A stretch of 58,777 bases of DNA, counting the filler, from Squatina squatina (taxonomy: Eukaryota): NCBI GenBank assembly GCA_031763465.1. It is 3 parts of 3 records of this genome, joined end to end, with 100 filler letters (N's around TTAATTAATTAA, not from the genome) between each part and the next. Parts side by side here need not be neighbours in the genome. Positions count along the whole stretch, not along the records: positions 35,244 to 58,777 come from JARFOE010000058.1; 2 more parts are not named here. One strand, 5' to 3'. The position numbers were made by a program, and so were the translations under genes. Shown here piece by piece: positions 48,227 through 58,777 of this stretch (position 1 is its first letter; each line of letters starts with the position of its first letter). The notes under the pieces are model-generated. The model was given only the letters and a program-made list of their open reading frames with translations, was not told the origin of the DNA and did no database searches.

Positions 48227-50842
48227 ATGGCGAGCTCGCCCAATTATTACCACCAGGAGCAGTTACTACTACACCGGCACTACAACAACAGAGGGGACAA
48301 TGAAAGCAGCAGGCGTGCTGGGGACGCGGCAGCGAGAAGGAGGACGGCGGCGGCAACAGCAGCAACACCGCCGCTGCCGGCGTCAACGGTAAGAAGAGTT
48401 GACAGGCACGCGACGGACTCGGCAGCGCGCGGGAGCCCCGTCCACAACANNNNNNNNNNNNNNNNNNNNNNNNNNNNNNNNNNNNNNNNNNNNNNNNNNN
48501 NNNNNNNNNNNNNNNNNNNNNNNNNNNNNNNNACGACAACGGCTCGGCTCGAGCTGGGGCTTTATTCCGCGCAGCGCGAGCCGGTGCCTTCCAATGTGCG
48601 CGAGACGCTGCTCGCCAGCGACAACAACAACGCAGGCGGCGGCGCGCGTGAGCCGGCTGCCTGCTCGGCGCCGCGTGGCGAGGCGGCGGCTGCCGCCACC
48701 GGACGCGAGCGGGCAGTAACAACAACCGCGACGTCGACCACTATGGACGGTTACGAGGACGTCAAGAAATACGGCTACATGAGGAAGCAGAAGCACGGCC
48801 ACAAGCGTTTCTTCGTCCTGAAGGGACAGAGCCACCTGGGTCCGGCCAGACTGGAGTACTACGACAGCGAAAAGAAATGGAGAAACCGGTCAGCCGCCCC
48901 CAAGCGGGTCATCCCCCTCTACCAGTGCTTTACGGTGAGCAGGCGAGCAGATGCCAAAAGTAAATACCTCGTCGCCCTGTACACAAAAGATGAGTATTTT
49001 GCCATGGTGGCAGAGAACGACCAAGAACAAGAGAGCTGGTACTTGGCTATAAGTGAACTCATGAACGAAGGAAAGAAGATCGTGTTGGAGCCTGATGAAG
49101 TCGATGAGAACTATGGTAATTTTACCCCAGGCACCGTTTTCAAAGAAGTGTGGCAAATTAACGTGAAGCCCAAAGGGTTGGGGCAGACCAAGAACCTGAC
49201 GGGGGTGTACAGATTATGTCTTTCCAGCAAGATGATCNNNNNNNNNNNNNNNNNNNNNNNNNNNNNNNNNNNNNNNNNNNNNNNNNNNNNNNNNNNNNNN
49301 NNNNNNNNNNNNNNNNNNNNNNNNNNNNNNNNNNNNNNNNNNNNNNNNNNNNNNNNNNNNNNNNNNNNNNNNNNNNNNNNNNNNNNNNNNNNNNNNNNNN
49401 NNNNNNNNNNNNNNNNNNNNNNNNNNNNNNNNNNNNNNNNNNNNNNNNNNNNNNNNNNNNNNNNNNNNNNNNNNNNNNNNNNNNNNNNNNNNNNNNNNNN
49501 NNNNNNNNNNNNNNNNNNNNNNNNNNNNNNNNNNNNNNNNNNNNAGACTGGATTGCAAAGGCGCTCCAGGACTGAGAGCATGACTGGTACTTCTGCATCC
49601 AAGAATGAGGCATATCGTTTTCGGACATCTAGTGAAGGTGAAGGTACAATGACAAGACCCTTTGGCTCTGTTACAGGGAGTTTAATCCACTTAAATTCTG
49701 CAAGGATGGGCTTAAGTAGGGGTGATGGGAGTGGTCGGTACGTAAAACCACCCTTTGGCCCCTCAAACCATAGTAGGTCAGTGTCTCTGCCTGTAACATA
49801 CTTGCCATCTACTACAAGCCCTGTAAGTGTTTCTTCCAGTAGTGGGCATGGTTCTGCATCTGATCCTCTTACACGCCCATCTAGTTCATCCATTTGTGGT
49901 TCTCCAAGTGATGGTGGATTTATTTCCTCCGATGAATATGGATCTAGTCCTGGGGACTTTAGGTACTTCCGAGTTCGGAGTAATACACCGGATTCACTTG
50001 GTAACACGCCACCAATTCAAGAAGAAAATTGCTTGTGTGATTATATCTCAATGGATAGACATATAACTGCTGTAAATCATGAAAGCAGAACAAGAGATGA
50101 CTACATGGTTGCTGAGAAAGGATACAGAAAGAGGACCCACTCTCTAACCACTTCCGGTGCAGTGATAATGCATCAAAAGACTACGCAGACAACTTCATCT
50201 TTGGATGAATCTAATATTGAATCAAACTGTGTGGGTATTAGCAGCCATCTATCATGTTCTGCATCACCAAAGTTGACCTGTAATCCTTACCATGAAGATT
50301 ATAGTGATGTCGAGATTGGACCCTCGATAAGCCAAAGCAGACCAAGAGATGATGGTTATATGCCAATGATGCCTGGTGTTGCATCTGCTAGCCATAATAG
50401 AAATCATGATTATATGCCAATGAATCTTAAAAGCATTTCTGCTCCAAAACAAATTGGTTCTTTGCCACCAAGTCAAATGGACTCAAGAGGGTATATGGTG
50501 ATGTCCCCCAATGATAGCAGCTCTCCAGTGCGAAGCATGTTTACAGAGTATGGTTCTAAACTATTGACCAGCAACAATGAAAAATTATCAAATAGTGAAT
50601 ATATGGACATGTCCCAAAGAAACCTAAATACACGGAAACTATCCAGTGATTGCTTCTATAATATCACGAGTCTTGATGCTCCTAAATCCTATAGCTCCTA
50701 TTATTCACTGCCTCGATCATTCAAAGCTCCTTCACAGGAAAATGGTGAGCATGATGAATATGTACCTATGTGTTCACCAGGAAAGTTGATGTATGGAGGG
50801 GCATCAATGTTTACTGGCACTATTGTGACCCCTTGTGTTTAG
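48227..50842 (+). CDS. IRS4: Insulin receptor substrate 4-like, 5' part of the large coding exon; truncated by a satellite
   Basis: ACAATGG start (MASSPN). PH domain GYMRKQKHGHKRFFVL...VIPLYQCFTVSRRAD...DEYFAMVAENDQEQESWY has IRS4-type residues. The PTB domain starts KEVWQINVKPKGLGQTKNLTGVYRLCL and continues into a frame-preserving gap. YXXM motifs: YISM, YMPM x2, YMVM, YMDM, YVPM. The last ~11 codons and the TAG come from the satellite. Confidence 0.9.
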   Translation: MASSPNYYHQEQLLLHRHYNNRGDNESSRRAGDAAARRRTAAATAATPPLPASTVRRVDRHATDSAARGSPVHNXXXXXXXXXXXXXXXXXXXXXXXXXXXXTTTARLELGLYSAQREPVPSNVRETLLASDNNNAGGGAREPAACSAPRGEAAAAATGRERAVTTTATSTTMDGYEDVKKYGYMRKQKHGHKRFFVLKGQSHLGPARLEYYDSEKKWRNRSAAPKRVIPLYQCFTVSRRADAKSKYLVALYTKDEYFAMVAENDQEQESWYLAISELMNEGKKIVLEPDEVDENYGNFTPGTVFKEVWQINVKPKGLGQTKNLTGVYRLCLSSKMIXXXXXXXXXXXXXXXXXXXXXXXXXXXXXXXXXXXXXXXXXXXXXXXXXXXXXXXXXXXXXXXXXXXXXXXXXXXXXXXXXXXXXXXXXXXXXXXXXXXXXXXTGLQRRSRTESMTGTSASKNEAYRFRTSSEGEGTMTRPFGSVTGSLIHLNSARMGLSRGDGSGRYVKPPFGPSNHSRSVSLPVTYLPSTTSPVSVSSSSGHGSASDPLTRPSSSSICGSPSDGGFISSDEYGSSPGDFRYFRVRSNTPDSLGNTPPIQEENCLCDYISMDRHITAVNHESRTRDDYMVAEKGYRKRTHSLTTSGAVIMHQKTTQTTSSLDESNIESNCVGISSHLSCSASPKLTCNPYHEDYSDVEIGPSISQSRPRDDGYMPMMPGVASASHNRNHDYMPMNLKSISAPKQIGSLPPSQMDSRGYMVMSPNDSSSPVRSMFTEYGSKLLTSNNEKLSNSEYMDMSQRNLNTRKLSSDCFYNITSLDAPKSYSSYYSLPRSFKAPSQENGEHDEYVPMCSPGKLMYGGASMFTGTIVTPCV

Positions 50843-53159
50843 GTGCATGAGTGTGCTCCCTCATGTTTACTGGCACCAGTGTGCTCCCTAGTGATTACTG
50901 GCACTCGTGTGCTCCCTGGAGCTTACTGACTGTAGTGTGCTCCCTGGTTTTTTTCTGGCACTAGTTGGCTCCCTCGTGTGTACTGGCAGTCATGTTCTCC
51001 CTAGAGTTTACTGGCACTAGTGTGCTCCCTCGTGTTCAATGACACTCATGTGCTCCCTGGTGTTTACTGACACAAGTGTGATCCCCAGTGTTTACTGGCA
51101 CTAGTATGATGCCTAGTGTTTACTGACAATATTGTCCTCCCTAGTGTTTAGCTGTACGAGTGTGCCTCCTCGGGTTTACCAGCACTAGTGGACTCCCTAG
51201 TGTTAACTGGAATTAGTGTGCTCTATAGTGTTTACTGGCACTAGTGTGATCCCTAGTGTTTACTGGCATTAGTGTGCTCCCTAGAGTTTACTGACGCTAG
51301 TGTGATCCCTGGTGTTTTCTGGCACCAGTATGCTCTCTAGTGTTTCCTGATACTAGTGCGCTCCCAAGTGTCTTCTGACACTAGTGTGCTCCTGAGTGTT
51401 TAGTGGCAACTGTGTGATCCCCAGTGTTTACTGGCACTAGTGAGATTCCTAGTGTTTACTGACAATAGTGTGCTCCCTAGTGTCTAGGCGCACAAGTGTG
51501 CTCCCTCATGTTTACCGGCACTAGTGCGCTCCCTAATGTTTACTGGCACTAGTGTGCTCTACAGTGTTTACGGGCACTAGTGTGCTCCCTAGAGTTTTCT
51601 GACACAAGTGTGCTCTATAGTGCTTACTGGCACTAGTGTGCTCCCTGGAGTTTACTGACTGTAGTGTGCTCCCTGGTTTTTATTCTGGCACTAGTTTGCT
51701 CCCTCCTGTTTACTGGCACTCATGTTCTCCCTAGTGTTTACTGGCACTAGTGTGCTCCCTAGTGTTCAATGACACTCGTGTGCTCCAGGGTCTTTACTGA
51801 CACTGGTATGCTCCCTGGTGTTTACTGGCGCAAGTGTGATACCCAGTGTTTACTGATGCTTGTGTGATTCCTAGTGTTTACTGACAATAGTGTGCTCCCT
51901 AGTGTTCAGGCGCACGAGTGTGCTCCCTCGTGTTTACCGGCACTAGTGGGCTCACTAAAGTTTACTGGCATTAGTGTGCTCTATAGTGTTTACTGGCACT
52001 AGTGTGCTCCATTGTGTTTACTGGCACTAGTGTGATCCCTAATGTTTACTGGCATTAGTGTGCTCCCCAGAGTTTACTGACACTCGTGTGATCCCTGGTG
52101 TTTTCTGGCACCATTATGCTCCCTGGTGTTGACTGAAACTAGTCTGCTCCCTACTCTTTACTGGCATTAGTGTGCTCCCTTGTTTTTACTGGCACTCGTG
52201 TGCTCCCTAGTGCTTACAGGCACTCGTGTGCTCCCGAGAGTTTAATTACACAAGTATGCTCCCTAGTGTTTACTGGCAATAATGTGCTCCCTGGTGTTTC
52301 CTGACACTAGTGTGCTACCTGCTGTTTACTGGCACTAGTGTGCTCCATCGTGTTTATTGGCACCAGTGTGCTCCCTGGTGTTTGCTGGCACTAGTGTGCT
52401 CCCTAGGGTTTCCTGATACAAGTGCGCTCCCAAGTGTCTTCTGACACTTGTGTGCTCCCTAGTGTTTACTGCCACTAGTGTGCTCCTGAGTGTTTAGTGG
52501 CAACTGTGTGATCCCCAGTGTTTACTGGCATTAGTGTGCTCCCTAGCAATTACTGACACTCGTGTGATCCCTAATGTTGACTGAAACTAGTCTGCTCCCT
52601 ACTGTTTACTGGCATTAGTGTGCTCCCTTGTTCTTACTGGCACTAGTGTGCTCCCTAGTGTTTTCTGGCACCAGTATGCTCCCTGGTGTTGACTGAAACT
52701 AGTCTGCTCCCTACTCTTTACTGGCATTAGTGTGCTCCCTTGTTCTTACTGGCACTAGTGTGCTCCCAAGAGTTTACTGGCACTCGTGTGCTCCCGAGAG
52801 TTTACTTACACAAGTATGCTCCCTAGTGTTTACTGGCAATAATGTGCTCCCTGGTGTTTCCTGACACTAGTGTGCTCCCTGGTGTTTACTGGCATTAGTG
52901 TGCTCCCTAGTGTTTCCTGATACTAGTGCGCTCCCAAGTGGCTTCTGACACTAGTGTGCTCCCTAGTGTTTACTGGCACTAGTATGCTCCTGAGTGTTTA
53001 GTGGCAACTGTGTGATCCCCAGTGTTTACTGGCACTAGTGTGATTCCTCGTGTTTACTGACAATCGTGTGCTCCCTAGTGTTTAGGCGCACAAGTGTGCT
53101 CCCTCATGTTTACCGGCACTAGTGCGCTCCCTAATGTTTACTGGCACTAGTGTGCTCTA
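50807..53159. repeat. 28-bp tandem satellite, about 84 units visible, ending in a gap
   Basis: Consensus CTAGTGTTTACTGGCACTAGTGTGCTCC read directly from the sequence. Units are diverged, with no unique spacers. Confidence 0.97.
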
Positions 53160-53928
53160 NNNNNNNNNNNNNNNNNNNNNNNNNNNNNNNNNNNNNNNNN
53201 NNNNNNNNNNNNNNNNNNNNNNNNNNNNNNNNNNNNNNNNNNNNNNNNNNNNNNNNNNNTCCTTTTTTGCCTTTTTTATACTCAGTCTAACTTTTTTTCC
53301 CCCTTTTTTCTTTTTGTACCTAATTTGACATTGAATTCACCCACCCTAATCTGTACGTACTTCTTAGTCCTTCTTTCACAATCCTTCTGATTGGTTAAGG
53401 AGATGCACAGTTGCTTGCCCAGTTCACTCGGGTCCCAGATCCCCGTTACCCTCACTGTGATGTTATCAGCTTGCACTTTCAGCAACTTGCAATGCAAAAA
53501 GTTTTTTAAAACTTAAATGAGCAAGTTTAACTAATGGCAGATGCTGTTAGATTCACTCCTACAGCAACTTATGGGCCAATAGTTATCTGCTGCTATGCTC
53601 AATGATGATGAAAGTAATATCCTTAGATTTTTTTTTTCCCCCTCGCAGTTTACACGTGCTGTCTGGTGTCTCCTCCTGAAGGTTCCAGACAAACTTCCTG
53701 ATTTGATGATAAATAACTTCAAAAGTTGAGAGCAAGGAGAGTTAGAGCTGAGTTCCAGAACAAAACTTTCATTCAAACATGCATTTGAACAAACCCTGAG
53801 AGATTTGCATGTAAATGGAATGGCTTGGCTTCTCCATGGACACCAGCCACAGATGAATCTACCAAAATCTGTAACGTGTAAATTAAACTGGGATATAATT
53901 TGAGTAAAGCTGGATATTAATCCCATAT

Positions 53929-54649
53929 GTACAGTCACCGAAGCCAGCTATTCTTTCCTCAAATTCTTTGACCGGTATGACCATTGCTTCAAGTTCAAGC
54001 ATAACCAGAAGCCAGCCAAATGATGCCTACATCAGTGTTCCTCTTGGTGCCACTTGTGTCAGCACAGCTGCTGAGGTGGATGATTACACCGAAATGACAT
54101 TTAATTTGGCAGTAACAGCCACTCGTCCTGCTTCACCGAAGCTAGACAGTGTAGAAGTGACTGGTCCTACTGCCATTGTGAAGCGACTGTGTATTATCGA
54201 TCAGTATCCTAGTATGAATATCTTTCCTGTCCCTAATCCTCCCTCTGATGCCAATTATGGTCCAAAGGTGATCCGTGCTGACCCACAGGGAAGAAGGCGA
54301 CACAGCTCGGAGACATTCTCCTCGACACCCACAGTGACCCCTTCTCCCTTTTTTGCCGATAGTAGTAAAAGACACAGTTCTGCTTCATTTGATAATGTTT
54401 GGCTTAAGCCAAATGACTGTGTTAGTGATGAGCACAGGAGTACCATGTGCAGAAATACATCTGCAGGTTTTCAGAATGGATTGAACTATATTGCTTTAGA
54501 CTTGAGTGAAGATCACGGATGTTCTGAATCAAATGGAACCGTGCAGACTCCACATCACCTCCAAGTCGCCAGCGGTATAGATGCTAGAGGCTATGCCAGC
54601 ATAGACTTTACCAAATCAGATGGGCTGAAATATACCTCAACATCTGAAG
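53929..54649 (+). CDS. IRS4: IRS4-like, 3' part of the large coding exon
   Basis: Frame is open from after TAA 53905-07: VQSPKPAIL...DDYTEMTF...KVIRADPQGRRRHSSETFSST...KRHSSASFDNVWL...QNGLNYIALDL...GYASIDF. A probable phase-1 donor GAAG|gtttgt lies at 54649/54650, as in IRS2. The 5' boundary is approximate. Confidence 0.85.
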
Positions 54650-55493
54650 GTTTGTTCTGTTTTTGTTTTCCATATTTCAGACGATCAAAGTACAAAGTTG
54701 TATGAGACTATGAAATATTAAATGGATGTCAAAATGGAGAATAGGGGATTTTGCAGTGACTTGACCAGTTGTATGCAGTGAAATGCGTGATTTATAGTCC
54801 TGGAGTTGTGTACAGTAAATACATACTTTAACCTTAAACCTTATTTGTTATGTTAATACCACATTGAGGGAGTTGGTGGTAAGAGGGAAGAAACTAAATT
54901 CTACCTTTTCTAACCTCTTTGCCCACCCCACCTTTTGAATTATTTTTCTGGAAGTGGTGTATTAAACTGTGGCGATTTGCTGTAGGAGTATGGGCATTAT
55001 TCACAGGTACTGGCTCTGGTTTTAATGAGGTTTGCATGACCAGATTCTTATACTGCACATAATTGGTAGTTTAGGACGCTGGACAGCCCTTTTTGGAATC
55101 TGCAACAGTAAGCTTTAGTGATCTAATTATTATACACAGAGTATTGCTTGGAATCAGGTAGACTGCATAGCTACTGTTAATTGTTAGCTCTGTGCAGTTT
55201 TCCAGTTGTGAAGCTTGCTTTAAATCTACTTGGAAGAGGATACGTTTGATTACGCTTCACATGTTTTCCAATCTTATTGGAACCGCTGTTGTGTTTGCAG
55301 TAGTGGTGGAAAATAAGAATTCTTTTAGAGCCAAATGTTGTGAATTCTGGTAAGTGTAACTGTATTTATGCATGGAAACGACAATAGATTTTTNNNNNNN
55401 NNNNNNNNNNNNNNNNNNNNNNNNNNNNNNNNNNNNNNNNNNNNNNNNNNNNNNNNNNNNNNNNNNNNNNNNNNNNNNNNNNNNNNNNNNNNN

Positions 55494-55861
55494 CCTCACC
55501 TGGCACGCCGACTGGCATGCCAGGCTGCTGGCCCGGTCGCCGTCTTCCCTGGTGGGCCAGTGTCCGGCCGAGGGGCGCTGTCAGGAGGGCCGGCGGCCCT
55601 CCCCTTTAAGAGAGGCCTGGCTGTGCTGCTGACGTCAGTACACAGCCCGCTGATGCACCGCTTCTAACGTCGCTAGCATTGCGCTTAGGCCATGCCAGTG
55701 GCGTCCAAGGCCAGCTGTCCCAGTTGCGTCCGGGAGCGCGCTGCGACTCGCAGGTGCCCTGGAGCAATGAATTCTGCAGGGGGCGGGATGGGCACCGGCC
55801 CAAGAAATGCCGGCTCCTGCCCCGTGAGCACCCCAACGGGGCACCAATCAATTTCCAGCCC
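55494..55861. mobile_element. GC-rich TIR element fragment (right end)
   Basis: CpG-rich block ending AATTTCCAGCCC, the terminus type seen at 3495, 6257 and 38030. The left end lies in a gap. Confidence 0.5.
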
Positions 55862-56809
55862 AAAGTATTTGTTTTATTTCTCTCCCATTTCCTTATTCCC
55901 CATTATAAATTCTCCTGTCTTAGCCTGTAAGGAACCTACATTTACTTTTGCTAATCATTAGTATCCAGAACTGCTGTAATGGACTAATTCTCGGTACCAT
56001 GCCTGGGTTGTAGCCGTTTAAAATCTAATGTTGCAACTTCTCTCACAATTCACTTTAAAGTGGCTAAAAACCTTTTGTGATGGGGGAGAAATGCAATAGT
56101 CCTCCATTTAGTGGTAAATTTGCAGACAGTTGTGACATTCTCCATCAGCAGCAGTACAATGACTGTCGAACTTATTCACTTTATTTAATGAAATGGGACT
56201 ATTGGGAAGGCCACACATTTTGTAGTGTGCAGTTACAGCTGATCTATTTTCCTTGAGGTTGTTTATCATTTCAGGATATGAAATTGGTTTATTTCAGGAT
56301 AGCTGAACAAAAGAAATAGCTTGTCGGAGTCGGTGACAGATTGCTGACAATGATAGTTTTTCTGCCCTGTTTATAGTTTTTAAACAGTGTATATACTGTA
56401 TTTGTAGTGAAGGGCAGACATTCGAGTAGAGTTCAAAACTACTTAATTTCAAAGGCTTTGGATTTGCAGAGCTAAAATATTTAGTAGATGTGATTCAATT
56501 TGTTAGTGTTGAAATGAATTCTCTTGCATCAATATTTAAATTAGCAGAAATAATGCAATTGGTCAAATACCTGACATTTATACTGACGTGTAAATCTGTT
56601 TTGCAAAGTAAGAACTTTTTTCCTTATTTTAATTGTCTTAAAATTAATCTTTTTCAGAACTTCTCCTCATAGTACCAGTCCATGCACTATTCCCAAATGA
56701 GGAGGTACACGCACACCTTACTTCCAGGCATCTGATATTGAACCAGCTGCTATCAATCATATTAAAGGAGAACAAACTGATTTGCTCTGTTTTTAATTAG
56801 GCTTAGGAC

Positions 56810-57499
56810 AGCTTTGTCCTTGGCAGTCAAGGTAACCAGTGCGCTCAATATCTCTGCCAGTGGATCCTTTCAGTGTGCAATAGGAGACATTTCCAACATC
56901 TTCCAGTTTGCCGTCGATTGCTGCATCCATGAGGTCACAGATGCTCTGTACAGAAGGAGGAGGGATTACATTTCCTTTCCCATCACCAGACAGAAACAGC
57001 CCCAGAGTGTATGTGGTTTTGCCAGGGTAGTGGACTGCCTCATGGTGCAGGGAGCCACTGACTGCACTCACGCCGCTTTGCGGGCACCGCATAACAATCC
57101 GACCACACACAGCGAATCCTCGCTGTCAATGCCCGCTATGCTGGCAGCAGCCACGATACATTCATCCTGTGCCATACCGGTGTGTCAGCTCTCTTCCAGC
57201 CACTATATCAAGCTTGCAGCTGGCTGCTCTGAGATAAGGGCTATGCGGTCTTCACCTGGCTCATGACTCCACTCTGCAATCCCAACACTCCTGCCTAGCA
57301 CTCATAGGATGAGACCCATCCTGCCACCAGGAACATTATTGAGCAGACCATCAGAGTGCTCAAGCAATGGTTCCATTACCTTGACTGCTCGGGAGGAGTC
57401 CTCCAGTACTCGGCTGAGCGGGTGCTCCTTTTCGTCATCGTCTGCTGCATGCTGCGAAACTTGGACATCATGAGGACACAGTCATTGCCACCAGGCATG
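56810..57499 (+). mobile_element. Decayed PIF/Harbinger (HARBI1-like) DDE transposase
   Basis: VKVTSALNISASGSFQCAIGD...CCIHEVTDAL...ISFP...VQGATDCTHAALRAP. After frameshifts: GWLL*DKGY..TWLMTPL...ATRNIIEQTIRVLKQWFHYLDCSGGVLQYSAERV...VCCMLRN. It is colinear with HARBI1-family transposases and has stops and deletions. Confidence 0.9.
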
Positions 57500-58144
57500 N
57501 NNNNNNNNNNNNNNNNNNNNNNNNNNNNNNNNNNNNNNNNNNNNNNNNNNNNNNNNNNNNNNNNNNNNNNNNNNNNNNNNNNNNNNNNNNNNNNNNNNNC
57601 TGCCTGAAGCAGTCACTTTATTGCAAGAATATACACATGTTTTCCCATGAGCACGAGTGGGAAAAGTCAACACACGGATCTCAACAGGAACACATTGCTG
57701 CCTGTTTGGTACTTCCTTCAACAAAAAGACATTCTTCCTGCAAGTTTCAGCTGAGCAAAAAAGAAAAAAAGAGCCATAGCTAATGTGAACCTATCTACTG
57801 AAATGTTTTAAATCCATTTGAATGTTAACAAGTAAGAGTTAAATGTTCATCATTTTTGCAATACACCTGTTCACAAAAAAATACCTGCTAAAAATCATCT
57901 TCAGAAATGTTATAGACTTCAACTGTCCTTTTCTTCCAGACTTGATCCAGATCAATAGGTTTGTTTTCTTTAAGGATATTTACAACAGAAATACTTAAAG
58001 TTCTTAGGTGTCCTGTCAGCTGCCATCAATTCTATCTGCTGGTACTGAGGTCTCGGTTACACGTGAACTGTCTACAACAAATGCTTCCATGCATGATAGA
58101 ACTCAATCTATCTAGCTCACTGCAAGCAAGCAACGCACCTAACA

Positions 58145-58530
58145 GAATTTACACTTGTATCTTGCTGAATCACATCTCCCAGACATGTCCCAAAGCACTT
58201 CACATAACTATGGATTACTACTGGCAGTGTTCAGCGCAGGCAACACAGCAGGCATTTTCCACACAGCAGGTAATAAAAACAACAAATACCAGTTAATCTA
58301 TTTTCAATTGAAGAAAGAATCGTCGCCAGGAGATCTTTAATGTCCACACAAAGTCCACAGGAAGAGGCTGGCGGGACCTTGTTTTAATGTTTCATGAAAA
58401 TGATGGCACAATGCGGCACTCCCTCAGTACTGCACTGATTTGTCAGCCTAGGATATGCCCTTGGTGTGGGACTTAACCCACAACCTTCTAACTCAAGATG
58501 TGAGAGTGCTACCAGTTGAGACAAGTTGAC
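58145..58530 (-). mobile_element. Deu-domain SINE copy
   Basis: ggagatctttaatgtccac...gcggcactccctcagtactgcactg...cttaacccacaaccttctaactcaagatgtgagagtgctacc, the reverse complement of the SINE head and body. Confidence 0.7.
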
Positions 58531-58777
58531 TGGATAAATATAGATGAGAAGGCCATCAATCCCCATGAGCTTATCTATCTAGAAAAACATGCAATTCCTA
58601 ATCATAGCACCCAACTGTTGGTTAAATAATTCCAATATTTCTGCCTTTGTTGTCTTATCCAGAACTCCATTCCAAGTACTGAATAATCTTTGGTGATTGC
58701 TGAATTAATCTTAATTTTGTCTATTTATGGGTTTGAACCTGTGCCATCTCTCCCTAATCCGGAGGGATTGTCCTATG

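Noticed and set aside
48153-50007. Antisense ORFs of 190, 150 and 298 aa
   Set aside because: They are shadows of the GC-rich or gapped IRS4 coding strand and have no recognisable domain.
50807-53159. CRISPR-like array (28-bp repeat with a palindromic core)
   Set aside because: Units are head-to-tail with no unique spacers, no cas genes are present, and the context is vertebrate. It is a satellite.
50807-53159. Coding tandem repeat extending IRS4
   Set aside because: The 28-bp period is not a multiple of 3, CTAG puts TAG stops on both strands, and the ORF ends at 50842.
54650-54705. C-terminal tail GLFCFCFPYFRRSKYKVV of the 245-aa ORF
   Set aside because: It is probably intron read-through past the GAAG|gtttgt donor. 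I could not identify the terminal exon in the window.

Overview
This is vertebrate genomic DNA, most likely from a cartilaginous fish (inferred from the dense CR1, L2 and Deu-domain SINE repeats). It is not one locus. Two artificial 100-nt linkers (N44-TTAATTAATTAA-N44 at 17727-17826 and 35144-35243) join three gappy scaffolds. Scaffold 1 (1-17726) has the last two coding exons of KDM4A and two internal exons of ST3GAL3, all on the minus strand and in the human gene order. Scaffold 2 (17827-35143) has three coding exons of RNF38 on the minus strand. Scaffold 3 (35244-58777) has the last exon of ATG4A, then the promoter and large coding exon of an IRS4-type insulin receptor substrate on the plus strand. 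The KDM4A, ST3GAL3 and ATG4A exons are not in the supplied ORF track; I found them by reading the sequence. The main anomaly is that the IRS4 coding exon breaks at about 50807, with no N gap, into at least 2.35 kb of a 28-bp satellite with higher-order structure. About 0.65 kb of non-coding DNA follows. The reading frame resumes at about 53929, and a conserved middle segment is missing. This is either a real insertion/deletion or a mis-assembly. The rest is decayed transposons (CR1, L2, RTE, two SINE families, TIR elements, a Harbinger transposase relic). I found no prokaryote-type system or CRISPR array. Gene identities rest on recalled vertebrate protein sequences, not on database searches.
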